From a virus (taxonomy: Duplodnaviria; Caudoviricetes), in IMG/VR virus record IMGVR_UViG_3300042298_003339, positions 1 to 36,489 of that record: a DNA stretch of 36,489 bases. One strand, written 5' to 3'. The first letter of the stretch is position 1. Every line of letters begins with the position of its first letter. The position numbers and the translations under genes were made by a program. Below the pieces are notes generated by a model that was not told the origin of the DNA, did no database searches, and worked only from the letters and a program-made list of their open reading frames with translations. This document shows positions 1 through 8,931 of the stretch, piece by piece.

Positions 1-1758
1 CGTTCTCGGGTTCTTTCTAATTTGGAATTAATTCATTCCAGAGCGCATCAAACATCCAGTTACAGTGGTAGTTGGGCTTATGGTTATTTACGTTTAACAC
101 AAGCCCAATTAAGCGGCTCTACGTTCATTTCAAGTTCAGTTCAAACTGGATACTTGCCTTTATTTGATGATGATTCATGGTCAGTAAGAATGTGGACTAC
201 AAGTTCAATCCAAACCAGTGGTTCAATTTTCTTACAAGTTAAACGCGCAAACGATTCCCTTTACGGAAGGTTCAGTCATTCAAGTAGTTTAGAATGGAGC
301 GGAAGTTTCAATGTTGCAAATGCATGGGCTACTGGAAGTCAAAATATCATCTTATTAGGCGGAACAACGGGTTCGAATAGTTCAAGGTTTGTTGGTCAAA
401 TAGATGGATATAAAGAATATTTTGAAGTATTAGAAGGTAGTACATTTGATAGTCATGTATTGAACCCGAGTGCCTATCATTCAAATACTGAAACCGGAAG
501 TTATTACAAACTTTTCCGGTATTTTCCTTTGGGTTTAGACCAACAACGTTGGGATCATTCCGCTTATTTACAAGTTTCAAGTTCGCATCCGAATCGAGTA
601 GCAAGTTTTGATACAACGGCTTCGTTTAAAGGTTGGACAGGAACACAAGCCCAACAATATATTTCCAAGAATGAAACTTTCTATATCTATACGCCAACAT
701 TGGGCGGAAATGTACTTAGAAGTGAAAAAATTAGATTTGAAGATTCTGTTTTAACCAGAGATTTAAATCCAAGTACAAAAGTTTCAAAAGGTTCGTTTGA
801 TAAAAAAGGATTCGATTCCAATCGTTTAGCAGTTGTATTTGCCCCATCAGATCAAGTAAATAATGAAATTTTCAATCATACTGGTTATGCCGAACTTGAT
901 AGTTGGATTGGAGACCCGGAATACGAATTTGATGAAGGTTATCACGAATTAAGACGATTTTCGCATGAATATTTCCGTAAATATCAACAAAGATATGACG
1001 TAAACGCCTTAATTCGTTTATTGGCGTTATACGATTATACCTTCTTTGAACAAATAAAACAATTAGTTCCGGGTAGAAGTGATTTAATTGCTGGTGTTTT
1101 ATTAGAAGGTGACTTTTTAAGTACCCCGAAGGTTCGAGTAACAAAACGTCCAGTTATTGAAAACTTAGGACATGAAACCAGTGCCTCTATTGATAGAACA
1201 CTAACGGGTGAAAATTTATATTATGAAACCAGTGCAAGTGCAGCACCAAGAGCGGAAGCAAGGTACAAATATGTCACAGGTTCGTTAAAACAAAAGATTT
1301 GGATGACTGGAAGTAGTTGTCATCAGACAAGTTCCAAAGGTGGTTACAAGGCTGATATACCAGTCATTCCAAATCCTTATTCTGGAAGTCAATGCCCAAC
1401 TCAAAGTTATATTGACAAATATAGATTAAATTGCTGTTATAAAAAAGTAATTTACCATTATTCAAGTTCAGGAACCTTTCAAAACAGGTATGAGCAAGAT
1501 TGGTACACTGCCGTTTCAATGTCATATGGATGGTATTATTCCAGAAGTTTAGAATGTACCAGTTATCAATATAGCGAAGAATGCGGAGCAGTTGAAAATC
1601 GGTCAAGGTTTGCAGGAACAAAACTTGAAGGACCGGGTATAAACATAAATAGTGATCAAACAATCGACAAAGGTCCAGTCATAGAAGTCTGGGAAGTAAA
1701 TCCTAACAGCATATTAGTTAACGACAGTCCGTTGGGTGGCCGGTTAACTATAATTTAA
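1..1758 (+). CDS. Large virion structural protein (baseplate/tail-associated?), probably 5'-truncated by the window edge
   Basis: Frame is open from position 1; Ser/Gly/Thr-rich, beta-strand-like, with a LamG-like stretch (FVGQIDGYKEY); sits at the head of a structural gene block. Confidence 0.55.
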   Translation, partial: RSRVLSNLELIHSRAHQTSSYSGSWAYGYLRLTQAQLSGSTFISSSVQTGYLPLFDDDSWSVRMWTTSSIQTSGSIFLQVKRANDSLYGRFSHSSSLEWSGSFNVANAWATGSQNIILLGGTTGSNSSRFVGQIDGYKEYFEVLEGSTFDSHVLNPSAYHSNTETGSYYKLFRYFPLGLDQQRWDHSAYLQVSSSHPNRVASFDTTASFKGWTGTQAQQYISKNETFYIYTPTLGGNVLRSEKIRFEDSVLTRDLNPSTKVSKGSFDKKGFDSNRLAVVFAPSDQVNNEIFNHTGYAELDSWIGDPEYEFDEGYHELRRFSHEYFRKYQQRYDVNALIRLLALYDYTFFEQIKQLVPGRSDLIAGVLLEGDFLSTPKVRVTKRPVIENLGHETSASIDRTLTGENLYYETSASAAPRAEARYKYVTGSLKQKIWMTGSSCHQTSSKGGYKADIPVIPNPYSGSQCPTQSYIDKYRLNCCYKKVIYHYSSSGTFQNRYEQDWYTAVSMSYGWYYSRSLECTSYQYSEECGAVENRSRFAGTKLEGPGININSDQTIDKGPVIEVWEVNPNSILVNDSPLGGRLTII

Positions 1759-1778
1759 CATTATTTTAAAAAAATAGT

Positions 1779-2852
1779 ATGAGTAAAATTAAATTATTAA
1801 CTGATTTCAAGTGTAAAATATGTGACAATACATTTTCAAATCAACGAACTTTTTCATCTCATTTAAAAACACATGATATAACTGTGATAGATTATACTAT
1901 TAAATATTTATTAGATAATGTAATTCCGAAATGTGCGTGTGGTTGCGATCATTTATCAAAAATATATCCGTATTCGTATCGAAAATACCACGTTGGACAT
2001 AATCCCAATAGTACATTTTGGCAAATACGATACTCAAAAGATTCAGAAGAATATAAGATTAGAGTAGAATTATTGAAAAATAAATTGACGAAATATTATG
2101 AAACACATGAAAAGATAGTTTCAGACGAAACTCGGAAATTATTATCAGACAATAGGAAGGAATTTATTAAAAATAATCCCGAAATATTTCAAGAATGGAT
2201 TGATAAAATGAAAGAAACGAAACGCGTACAATCAAGAGAAGGGAAATTGAGTGGGGAAAATAATTATTTTAATAAATTAACAGATGAAGAAAAAGAAAAA
2301 GTTAACGAAAAGCGTAAACAAACAAATGAATCTAAAAGCGATGCTGAAAAATTAGAATTATCTAATATATTATCTAAAATACAATATGATAGATGGAATA
2401 ATTTAACACTTGAAGAACAAAATGATTTAATTATTCGTAGGAAAATAGGACAAGATAATGTCCCATTAGAAAAGAAACTTGAAAAAGGTAAACGTCATAG
2501 TGAATGGATAATTCAGAATTATCATAATGATAATAAATTAACGTTGCGACCTTTATACAATAAAGAAACTATTCCTTATATTGTCGATATCTTAAATGTC
2601 AGATATAATACAGAATTTAGACACGCCGAATGCAACAATGGCGAATTTAGGATTTATGATAAAGAACTTAAACGCTTTTATTTTGCTGATGCTTATTCAG
2701 AAGAATTAAATATGTGGATTGAATTTGATGAACCAGATAAATTCAAAAACGGTGAATTATTAGAAACTCATATTGAACGTGAAACGCGTATCCGAAACTG
2801 TATTCCAGATGTAATTATTAATAGAATTTATTTTGACAAAAAATTACATTAA
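1779..2852 (+). CDS. Putative free-standing homing endonuclease (C2H2 zinc finger, CxCGC motif, helical repeats, C-terminal PD-(D/E)xK/Vsr-like nuclease domain)
   Basis: CKIC...HLKTH finger, CACGC, Lys/Glu-rich NUMOD-like helices (VSDETRKLLS), C-terminal YFADAY...WIEFDE motif; more AT-rich than the upstream gene. Confidence 0.7.
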   Translation: MSKIKLLTDFKCKICDNTFSNQRTFSSHLKTHDITVIDYTIKYLLDNVIPKCACGCDHLSKIYPYSYRKYHVGHNPNSTFWQIRYSKDSEEYKIRVELLKNKLTKYYETHEKIVSDETRKLLSDNRKEFIKNNPEIFQEWIDKMKETKRVQSREGKLSGENNYFNKLTDEEKEKVNEKRKQTNESKSDAEKLELSNILSKIQYDRWNNLTLEEQNDLIIRRKIGQDNVPLEKKLEKGKRHSEWIIQNYHNDNKLTLRPLYNKETIPYIVDILNVRYNTEFRHAECNNGEFRIYDKELKRFYFADAYSEELNMWIEFDEPDKFKNGELLETHIERETRIRNCIPDVIINRIYFDKKLH

Positions 2853-2905
2853 ACTCACTTATCGTGGGCGAAAGTCCTAATGGTGGAAGGTTAATTGTTG
2901 AATAA
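2852..2905 (+). pseudogene. Orphaned alternative 3' end (17 codons + stop) of the 1..1758 gene
   Basis: Translates NSLIVGESPNGGRLIVE*, versus NSILVNDSPLGGRLTII* at 1705..1758; same length (54 nt), 9/17 identical. Confidence 0.8.
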
Positions 2906-2923
2906 AAAATTGTTAAAAGGTAG

Positions 2924-2933
2924 GATATTTATA
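2924..2933 (+). promoter_or_regulatory. Candidate phage late-promoter motif GATATTTATA
   Basis: Same 10-mer recurs at 25471..25480; both copies are intergenic and 15-25 nt upstream of a start codon. Confidence 0.4.
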
Positions 2934-2957
2934 TAGAACACCTTAAAATAAAATAAC

Positions 2958-3407
2958 ATGGACGAGAAAATCAAAAAAGCAATTCAAACTATTTCAATGA
3001 ATTTTGTGACCAATAACGGAGGAAATGCTCCGAAAGCAAAATTGAAAGTAGTTGACATTAAAAACAAAAAATTTAAACTCGGAAATATAACATTCTCTCA
3101 AGTTGAAATTCCAGAACCAATTACGTGGCCGTTTATTGAAAATTATTGTTATTTGAATATTGTTGAAATGTTAAATGATGAATTCGTTGAAGATGTTCAA
3201 GTTACTTTTTCTGATAGTGGTTTTTTGAAAGGCATCATTCAAGATAGAGGATTTATTGGTATTGAAATTTACAATCATATAAATACGATTTTACAAGTTG
3301 GGATTGAATATAAGGATGGACAATTTGAACAAATATTTAGATATTATCCTCATTACCTAACCTCCGTTTTGAATCAACAAAATATTTTAATTGAAATAAA
3401 TAAGTAA
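2958..3407 (+). CDS. Hypothetical protein
   Basis: 149-aa ORF with ATG start, co-oriented with neighbours. Confidence 0.6.
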   Translation: MDEKIKKAIQTISMNFVTNNGGNAPKAKLKVVDIKNKKFKLGNITFSQVEIPEPITWPFIENYCYLNIVEMLNDEFVEDVQVTFSDSGFLKGIIQDRGFIGIEIYNHINTILQVGIEYKDGQFEQIFRYYPHYLTSVLNQQNILIEINK

Positions 3408-3410
3408 TAT

Positions 3411-3776
3411 ATGGAAAATTTGACAAATATTGAATCAAAACTTATAAGTTTGGTAGCCAATGAAGTGATTAATCAATTTTCACTTCCTGATATTGAGGAT
3501 GAGGGACATTATAAATTTAAAACGAAATTGCGCAATTCTTTGGAATTTTATTTAACTCCAAATGTTTGTTCAGAATATTCACTTCATTTTGAAGAAACAG
3601 AAGATTTCTTGAAATGTATTTTCAAATTATTTCTAATTGATATTCAAACCGGAACACCGAAAAAACCATTCATATTTGAAATAAACATACCATTGAATAA
3701 AGTGAAGGATGATTTTTATGATTATAGAAATACCAAATATTCTACTACAAAATTAAAATATCCCATAAGTGTATAA
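3411..3776 (+). CDS. Hypothetical protein
   Basis: 121-aa ORF starting 3 nt after the previous stop. Confidence 0.6.
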   Translation: MENLTNIESKLISLVANEVINQFSLPDIEDEGHYKFKTKLRNSLEFYLTPNVCSEYSLHFEETEDFLKCIFKLFLIDIQTGTPKKPFIFEINIPLNKVKDDFYDYRNTKYSTTKLKYPISV

Positions 3777-4059
3777 TGCCCTACATATAACTGATATTTT
3801 AAATGTTAGATACGATACCGAATTTAGACACGCGGAAACTGTTGACGGGGAATTTAAAATATATGATTTTGAGTTTAACACGCATTATTTTGCTGATGCG
3901 TATTCGGAGGAATTGAATATATGGGTTGAATTCGATGAACGTCATCATTTTAAGAATGGCGAATTGCGAGAAGAATGTCAGTTAAGGGAAGAAAGAATTC
4001 GTAAATTGGTTGATAATGTAATTATAATCCGAATCAATTTTAATCAAATATATAATTAA
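3769..4059 (+). pseudogene. Truncated paralog of the C-terminal nuclease domain of 1779..2852
   Basis: DILNVRYDTEFRHAE...YFADAYSEELNIWVEFDE...FKNGEL closely matches DILNVRYNTEFRHAE...YFADAYSEELNMWIEFDE...FKNGEL; N-terminal DNA-binding region absent; GTG start. Confidence 0.7.
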
Positions 4060-4077
4060 AAATAATGGAGTAAACAA

Positions 4078-4779
4078 ATGTATATAAATAATAGTGGAGG
4101 CATCATTGTAGATGCGATTTTGACCCGGCTCGGAAGACAAAAATTAAGTATGGGGAATGGGCAATTTAACATTACACAATTTGCCCTTTCCGATACGGAA
4201 TGCGATTATAGTTTGTGGAATCCCGACCACCCGCTTGGAACTTCATACTTTGGAATAATTTTGGAAAATATGCCCATCACCGAAGCCGTTCCGGATGAAA
4301 CTCAAAACATGAAATCTTTTTTGGTTACGTTACCAAGAAAGACGGTAAGAATTCCAATCGTTTCAGTTCCTCAAACCAGTTACACTTTAAGTACGGGTCA
4401 AAGCGTCACAATTAACCCACAAACGATTAACTACACTGACGGTAACTCTACCCTTGGATACACATTTATTTTGGCTGACAGCGACGTTTGTTCGGCTTAT
4501 ATAAGTGAAACAGCACCGGGTCAAATTTATCAAGGTCAGGGAAGTGCTGTTCCGAGTCCTTTAACTGAAAGTGAACAAGGCCAAGCAATTACTTTGGTTG
4601 GTAAAGCAATTACATTGACCGCTAATATGTTGTCTTTGGCCGCACGTTCTACAACATTGACGATTATTGGTAACGAAACTGGTGGTAGAGTGGTTGTAAA
4701 CTTGACTGTTAAAAAAGTAACTTTAAATACAACTCCAAACGTTCCACTTCAAGGAAATCCTCCGGTTAAAATTACTTAA
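4078..4779 (+). CDS. Putative virion structural protein
   Basis: GGAG RBS; VDAILTRLGRQKL...ITQFALSD N-terminus resembles phage tail/collar-associated proteins; Thr-rich Ig-like C-terminus. Confidence 0.55.
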   Translation: MYINNSGGIIVDAILTRLGRQKLSMGNGQFNITQFALSDTECDYSLWNPDHPLGTSYFGIILENMPITEAVPDETQNMKSFLVTLPRKTVRIPIVSVPQTSYTLSTGQSVTINPQTINYTDGNSTLGYTFILADSDVCSAYISETAPGQIYQGQGSAVPSPLTESEQGQAITLVGKAITLTANMLSLAARSTTLTIIGNETGGRVVVNLTVKKVTLNTTPNVPLQGNPPVKIT

Positions 4780-4800
4780 TTAAAAATAGGAAAAGTATAA

Positions 4801-6258
4801 ATGTCATTTATAAAAAAAGGTGCTGCTGTAAATCCGCAAGGCGATGTTCCGAAGGTTGATTCAGGTCAATTGTCAAAATTGGCTGATATGGGATTGGATG
4901 TAAAAGCAGTTGCAAACAATCCAAATGTAATTGCAAATGCAGTTCCGGTAGAAAAACAAGTTGCTCCCGGAGTGGTTTTACAAGGAAAGCAAGACCAAGC
5001 AGGTAATTTCTTTGTTGTGGATGAAAAAAATGTCGTTCATAACGTTAAACCTAATACACCTATATTTGAAGGTGAACCTCAAACTGGCGGCCCAATTTTT
5101 CCGCCTAACCAGTTACCTCCTTCTCCACCGCCTACGCCGGGAGTTCCTCCTCCATCAAACTTAGGTTCTGGGCGTATTTGGACTCGTTTCCAAGAGGGAG
5201 ACATTGTTCCCAACCAACAAGAAACGGTGACGAGGGCATTGTGGTCTAACAATGTTGGAAACTTGACAACTTTTTATACCTCTTCGGCTCAAAATTCAAC
5301 CTCTAAACGTTATTATTATGAAATTTTCAATAGCGCAAGCGGGGATTGCGGTTCAGAAGGTCAATTTGCAGTTGCTTGGGGTCATAAACAAGGAAGTGGT
5401 TCGGCTGATGAAGGCGGTCAAATTAATGATACACCATCAAGAGCCATTTATGGTCAATATAAGCAACTTTGCCTTGATCCCGATCAGGAACGTTTTATTA
5501 TAAATGGAACTGCAACAGATTCAATTTATGCAATTAACGTTGCAAGGGCAAGGATGCGCGAATATTTGGATGAAGGAAATTTAGAATTAAACCTTCAAAG
5601 ACTTTCAGGGTCGCAATGGTTAGCAGGAGGAGGCGCCCAAAACGCATGGACGGGTTCAAATGTAAGGCCATTCCCGACTCAGGCTGTTTTGAGATTGATT
5701 GATGATTCAACAGTTGCGAACGCAACCATAACTACTGCTGGTGAAGTTTATAATATTGTTTCAGGAACCTTAGAAGATGGTGTTTATAACAGTTCATCTC
5801 CCCATTATTATGGTTTACTTTATCGTCGTTTAGGTATCATCATATTGGATGGCAACAAACTTGATCAGTCAGCTTCATTCCTAACTGTAACTGGAAGTGA
5901 AATTCCGGGTGATAATGCTTATAAACTTTTTACTTCCATTTCTGCTTCCGCTCTTTATACTGATGCGAGTGGAGATAGATTAGGATTTGCTGGTAGAAGT
6001 GCTGAAAAGGTAAAATCAACTCATTATTTTGTTCGAGTTAGAAACCAAGAATATAATTTTTCAAACAATCCAACCTTCACGACAGGTTCAGAAGGTGATT
6101 TAGCACAACCAACTATGATTGGGAATCCGACAACGTATATCACGACAGTAGGGTTGTATAATGACCAAAAAGAACTTTTAGCAGTAGCAAAATTAAATAA
6201 GGCGTTGAAGAAAACATTCAGTTCGGAGGCGTTGGTAAAAGTGAGGCTCGACTATTAA
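4801..6258 (+). CDS. Virion structural protein, paralog 1 (Pro-rich linker)
   Basis: C-terminal YITTVGLYNDQKELLAVAKL motif shared with 7074..8678 and 11550..13208; poly-Pro linker. Confidence 0.6.
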   Translation: MSFIKKGAAVNPQGDVPKVDSGQLSKLADMGLDVKAVANNPNVIANAVPVEKQVAPGVVLQGKQDQAGNFFVVDEKNVVHNVKPNTPIFEGEPQTGGPIFPPNQLPPSPPPTPGVPPPSNLGSGRIWTRFQEGDIVPNQQETVTRALWSNNVGNLTTFYTSSAQNSTSKRYYYEIFNSASGDCGSEGQFAVAWGHKQGSGSADEGGQINDTPSRAIYGQYKQLCLDPDQERFIINGTATDSIYAINVARARMREYLDEGNLELNLQRLSGSQWLAGGGAQNAWTGSNVRPFPTQAVLRLIDDSTVANATITTAGEVYNIVSGTLEDGVYNSSSPHYYGLLYRRLGIIILDGNKLDQSASFLTVTGSEIPGDNAYKLFTSISASALYTDASGDRLGFAGRSAEKVKSTHYFVRVRNQEYNFSNNPTFTTGSEGDLAQPTMIGNPTTYITTVGLYNDQKELLAVAKLNKALKKTFSSEALVKVRLDY

Positions 6259-6305
6259 AATTTGGTTAATTTAGTAATTTTTAAAATAAAATTTTGGAGT
6301 AAGAT

Positions 6306-6863
6306 ATGATATTAAAAGACCCAGCCGGTGGCCGTCAAATGTTTGTAAACGCGTATTTAATTTACAAAATGGGAGATTCTGATTATTTTGACGAAATTGT
6401 TCAAGTTAAAATTCCCCGAGAACCGTTTGTTGCTGATCAGCGCGTAGTGATTAAAAAACTGAAAAACGGTTGGAAAATTTGGGGTTCTGGACTGAATAAT
6501 ACTCATAACAATTCAGGCGCAAATTCGATAACAATGGATAAAACCGAATTTGATAGATATATTAAATTAGGTATAAACAACATAGAACAAAAAGCGTTAT
6601 CGGAGAATAAAATGACAAATAAAAGAAAAATTACTGAAATGGTTAGAAGAATTATTAAGGAAGATACATTTAACATTGACAGAACTAAAAATATAATTGG
6701 TCAGCAAACGTATGATTCTATTCTAAAATGTAACAAGCAAGAACTTGAAACTTGGTTAAGTGATTTGAAGAAAGAAATGCAACGTGAACCTGAAAGTTCA
6801 ACCAGATTTAATAAATTAAAACATGAAGAACGATTAATTAAATATCGTCTTGAAATAAAATAA
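6306..6863 (+). CDS. Hypothetical two-module protein with internal RBS+ATG at 6612
   Basis: GGAG RBS; internal cggagaataaaATG then MTNKRKITEMVRRIIKE leader-like segment. Confidence 0.6.
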   Translation: MILKDPAGGRQMFVNAYLIYKMGDSDYFDEIVQVKIPREPFVADQRVVIKKLKNGWKIWGSGLNNTHNNSGANSITMDKTEFDRYIKLGINNIEQKALSENKMTNKRKITEMVRRIIKEDTFNIDRTKNIIGQQTYDSILKCNKQELETWLSDLKKEMQREPESSTRFNKLKHEERLIKYRLEIK

Positions 6864-6869
6864 TATTTA

Positions 6870-7064
6870 ATGGCAATTAGAATACGAAAAGTTGGAAATA
6901 CGACTATTGCAATTGATGCGAGGAAATCGAATCATAATGACGGGGATATTTTTTTAAATGACGAGCAAGTATACGCAATATATTTAAAAATATATCAAAA
7001 AGATGATGATTTGAATTTGGTAGAATATTGTTTAATGCAACTTGCAGAAGAAGAAAAAAGGTAA
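6870..7064 (+). CDS. Hypothetical protein
   Basis: 64-aa ORF filling the gap between neighbours. Confidence 0.55.
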   Translation: MAIRIRKVGNTTIAIDARKSNHNDGDIFLNDEQVYAIYLKIYQKDDDLNLVEYCLMQLAEEEKR

Positions 7065-7073
7065 TAAACACGG

Positions 7074-8678
7074 ATGCCACTAACGATACAAGGAAATTGG
7101 ACAGTACAAATTCAAAGTAAACAACCGGGCGCTTTGCCTCAACGGTTTACTATCAGTGGTGCAACTACTGGTAATGGAACTTATACTGATGAAATGTTAC
7201 TTCCAGTCCAAGTAACGGGTCAAAGTTGGCAAGTTAATATTCAGGCATCTGAAACATATGATCCTCCGTTTAACTGGATCAGTTCCAGTATGAGAAAAAC
7301 TCAAACTCAGGTAATAAACGGAAATTATGTTTTTAAAATTGAAAGTGAGGATTTGATTCAGGATAATACTTGGGATGATTTGATTTTAGTTTTAAGTCAG
7401 CCCGTTCCTTTGCCTCCTGAACCTAATCAACCACCTCCAACACCTCCACCAGCCCCGTTACCACCTCAACCTCAAAACCCAAATTTACCTCCGCCGCTTC
7501 CACCTCCACCACCGGCTGTATTGGTTCCCGGTAAAGTTTATACCCGGTTTAAAGTTGATGAAAAACTTCCTCGCGAACGTAAAGTTGAAACTTTTGGTAT
7601 TTGGTTGGATTATACAGGCTCGGTTACTGGAAATTTAACTTCCTTTTTCACTTGTTCACTTGATACTGGTTCTTATAAGAAATCAGTTTACAATTCCGAA
7701 TGTTTTACTTGTTCAAGTAAACCGCACTTTGATATTGCTTATGGGCATGATGGAGGTTCAGGTTCAAGGGATTTAGGTGGAAATGATTTTTATACTCCTT
7801 CAAATGCCGTTTATGGTCAATATAGAAGTCTTTGTTTAGATCATCCTCAAACAAGATTCAATATTGGTAACAAAGAAATTCATCATTTTTATGCCATTAA
7901 TGTCAATCGTGAACGAATGGGCGATAAACTTGATGAAGGAAATATTGAAATTAATATTGCCGAACTTTCAGGTTCTAAATTTCAATTAGGAAATTCAAAT
8001 CGAAACGCTCATACAGGTTCAAATGTCAAGGTTTCTGGTACTGGAAAAATTTTAAGGTTAATTGATGATTCAACCTTGGATTTAACCTCATTGTCTACGG
8101 CTGCGTATTCTTCGTTCTACCGCGATATTTCTGGAAGTCTAACTCAACTATCCACCTCGGCAGGAAAAGTCAATTACATCGTAAGTGGTACGCTTGAAAC
8201 GGGTATATATTCAAGTTCACAACCTCACGTTTACGGATTAAGTTATCCCCAACAGGGAATCATCATTTTAGATGCTGATTTATTGGATATGTCGGCATCA
8301 TTTTTAACTGTAACTGGAAGTGATGTTGCGGGTGATAATGCGATGAAATTATTCACTGCAATGTCAGGTGCGGCCTTATATACAGATGAAAGTGGTGATT
8401 ATCTTGGTTTCCAAGCAAGAAAGGTTCGGTATAGTTATATGGAACAATTCTTTGTAAGGGTATTGAACCAAGATTACAACTTCACAAACAATTCGACATA
8501 TCAGACAGGCAGTGAAGGTGATATCATTCCTGATTTTTATAACAATCCGAAGGTATTTATTACAGAAATAGGGTTGTTTAACGATCAAAATGAAATGTTG
8601 GCGATAGCAAAGTTATCTGCTCCGGTATTGAAATCATTCACCGAAGAAGCATTGTTTGAAATAAATTTAAATTGGTAA
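7074..8678 (+). CDS. Virion structural protein, paralog 2, with N-terminal LecB/PA-IIL-like domain and poly-Pro linker
   Basis: Extensive similarity to 4801..6258 (LDEGN.E.N, SASFLTVTGS, GDNA.KLFT); N-domain ends ESEDLIQDNTWDDLILVL. Confidence 0.6.
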   Translation: MPLTIQGNWTVQIQSKQPGALPQRFTISGATTGNGTYTDEMLLPVQVTGQSWQVNIQASETYDPPFNWISSSMRKTQTQVINGNYVFKIESEDLIQDNTWDDLILVLSQPVPLPPEPNQPPPTPPPAPLPPQPQNPNLPPPLPPPPPAVLVPGKVYTRFKVDEKLPRERKVETFGIWLDYTGSVTGNLTSFFTCSLDTGSYKKSVYNSECFTCSSKPHFDIAYGHDGGSGSRDLGGNDFYTPSNAVYGQYRSLCLDHPQTRFNIGNKEIHHFYAINVNRERMGDKLDEGNIEINIAELSGSKFQLGNSNRNAHTGSNVKVSGTGKILRLIDDSTLDLTSLSTAAYSSFYRDISGSLTQLSTSAGKVNYIVSGTLETGIYSSSQPHVYGLSYPQQGIIILDADLLDMSASFLTVTGSDVAGDNAMKLFTAMSGAALYTDESGDYLGFQARKVRYSYMEQFFVRVLNQDYNFTNNSTYQTGSEGDIIPDFYNNPKVFITEIGLFNDQNEMLAIAKLSAPVLKSFTEEALFEINLNW

Positions 8679-8694
8679 TAATAAGGAAATACAC

Positions 8695-8931
8695 ATGAAA
8701 ATTAAATTATTAAAAGAAATGGTAGCGAAAACAATTAACGAATCATATACATTATATAATTTATATGATGATAATAATTGGCAATTTCCGTCATCACAAG
8801 ATTTCCTAAAAAAAGGCTTAAAGTTAGGGTTCAAAAAATCAGATTTAAATAAAGCTATCGAAATGTATAATAATGATGAACCAGATTCTATTATAGACAG
8901 TTTTCTAAAATCAGTAAAAGTTAATAGATGA
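8695..8931 (+). CDS. Small protein with putative head-targeting leader
   Basis: AAGGA RBS; starts MKIKLLKEMVAKTINE. Confidence 0.6.
   Translation: MKIKLLKEMVAKTINESYTLYNLYDDNNWQFPSSQDFLKKGLKLGFKKSDLNKAIEMYNNDEPDSIIDSFLKSVKVNR

Noticed and set aside
1759-2905. Group I intron around the endonuclease gene
   Set aside because: Only 20 nt separate the upstream stop from the endonuclease ATG and none follow its stop, leaving no non-coding room for a ribozyme core; the upstream gene already has a complete end.
6181-6258. Possibly recoded 3' end of 4801..6258 (more G-ending codons)
   Set aside because: Impression only; I found no displaced second copy of this end and no adjacent endonuclease.
7401-7515. 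C-rich repetitive DNA (also about 5091..5155 and 17507..17521)
   Set aside because: Fully explained by poly-proline codons; not a CRISPR or satellite repeat.
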